From positions 1-24,451 of IMG/VR virus record IMGVR_UViG_3300042539_001535: a stretch of 24,451 bases of DNA. One strand, 5' to 3'. Under the pieces are notes generated by a model. It had not been told where the DNA came from and did not search any database. It saw only the letters and a program-made list of their open reading frames with translations. Of this stretch, positions 23,572 through 24,451 are shown in pieces. The translations under genes were made by a program, and so were the position numbers. How positions within the stretch are numbered: the stretch's first letter is position 1; every line of letters begins with the position of its first letter. The DNA is from a virus (taxonomy: Duplodnaviria > Caudoviricetes).

Positions 23572-24451
23572 CACTGCACCCCCGGCGGCAGCCAGCCGCG
23601 CACGTTCGGAGCCCCGGCCGCAGTGTCGGCGAGCATCTGCTGCCAGATGGCCTTGGCCTTGGCGTTGCCGGGCTCGTAGCGCAGCACCACCGCGACCGCA
23701 CACGGCAGCCAGGCCGTCGAGAAGAAGCCGCTTCGATGCCGGCGCCCATCCATCGCCAGGTTCTCGGCCTCGACCCAGCGGCCGCCCTGCTGCTGCCATG
23801 CGTCAGCCACCACGCGGCGGGCGGCAGCCTGGGCCACGGCCACACCCTCGACCGGGCCGAGCACTCGGCAGCCCAGGTCCAAGCCGTAGGCGCCGATCGC
23901 CTGATGCCACGCCAGCCACCAAGCCCCGGAGCCGACGCGCCCGTCGTCGACGATCGTCTGCCAGATGTCGCGGCCGCCGATCCACGGCAGCAAGACCTGC
24001 GTCACCCGCAGCCGCCAGTGGGCTCGCACCTGCTCCGCCAGCGCGCGGTCGGCCAGCTCGCGCCACAGGTGCACGACCGCGATGCCTTCCCATCCGATCT
24101 CCCGCGCCGAGAACGGGTCGCTGGTGCCCCAGCCCTTCGCCGTCGTGCGCTCGATCAGGTAGCGCCGCGCCTCGTGCTGCAGAAGGTGCTGGCAGGCGGG
24201 CGATCCGGTCAGCCGGTGCGCCGACGCCAACGTGGCAAAGAACCAGTGCTGGGCGTCCGGGCCGTTCCAGCCGCTGGCCTCGGCGATGGTCAGGTCGCGC
24301 GGCTTGCCCAGCGTGTCGGGCGACGTCGCGCGGAACGGGCGCCCGTAGAACATGCGCAGGGCCGGGCGCCGCTCGCGGCTGACGATCGCGCCGTCCAGCT
24401 CGAGATGGTGGCTCGGCCGGCGGGCGAAGCCGAGGCCGGCCAGGTAGCGCG
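23571..24451 (-). CDS. Trp-rich helical hypothetical protein, 5' end outside the window; possible (alpha/alpha)-barrel
   Basis: Frame stays open past the track start at 24353 to the edge (..RYLAGLGFARRPSHHLELDG..); GWNGPDAQHW...AHRLTGS...REIGW helical-repeat pattern. Confidence 0.7.
   Translation of the reverse strand, partial: RYLAGLGFARRPSHHLELDGAIVSRERRPALRMFYGRPFRATSPDTLGKPRDLTIAEASGWNGPDAQHWFFATLASAHRLTGSPACQHLLQHEARRYLIERTTAKGWGTSDPFSAREIGWEGIAVVHLWRELADRALAEQVRAHWRLRVTQVLLPWIGGRDIWQTIVDDGRVGSGAWWLAWHQAIGAYGLDLGCRVLGPVEGVAVAQAAARRVVADAWQQQGGRWVEAENLAMDGRRHRSGFFSTAWLPCAVAVVLRYEPGNAKAKAIWQQMLADTAAGAPNVRGWLPPGVQ

Larger units (their letters stand above)
1..24451 (-). mobile_element. Podovirus-type phage/prophage genome segment (BPP-1/epsilon15-like head-tail module)
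   Basis: terS-terL-portal-scaffold-capsid-cement-adaptor-nozzle-three ejection proteins, no tape measure or tail tube, no host genes. No integrase or att site visible in the window. Confidence 0.93.

Noticed and set aside
1-24451. Diversity-generating retroelement, integrase/att site, tRNA or intron/intein, given the BPP-1-like layout
   Set aside because: No reverse transcriptase, long TR/VR repeat pair, recombinase, cloverleaf or interrupted gene seen; terL, portal and capsid are of normal length.

Overview
High-GC tailed-phage (or prophage) DNA, almost entirely the minus-strand morphogenesis module of a short-tailed phage with BPP-1/epsilon15-like gene order. Read right to left: small and large terminase, small HTH-like protein, GNAT acetyltransferase, portal, a five-gene insert (two beta-rich proteins, a holin-like protein, a lipoprotein, a small membrane-anchored protein), Bbp19-like protein, scaffold, major capsid protein, two paralogous cement-like proteins, tail adaptor, nozzle and three ejection (internal virion) proteins. 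The last ejection protein (3459 to off the left edge) is missing from the ORF track. The right end holds an XRE repressor, a divergent two-gene plus-strand operon, a 400-bp repeat/palindrome-rich intergenic region and two minus-strand genes. Most notable: (1) a GH28/GH49-like beta-helix enzyme fused in frame to the tail adaptor, with an internal GGAGG-N7-TTG start at the junction; (2) two copies of a bipartite element AGGGGGGGGCATACC-N16-TAGCGTCC in front of the portal and capsid gene blocks; (3) ADP-ribosyltransferase-like and HExxH peptidase-like domains in the large ejection protein; (4) an iteron-like array whose motifs recur at nearby promoters; (5) repeated leaderless-type starts. All family calls come from motif recognition and synteny by eye; no database search was run.
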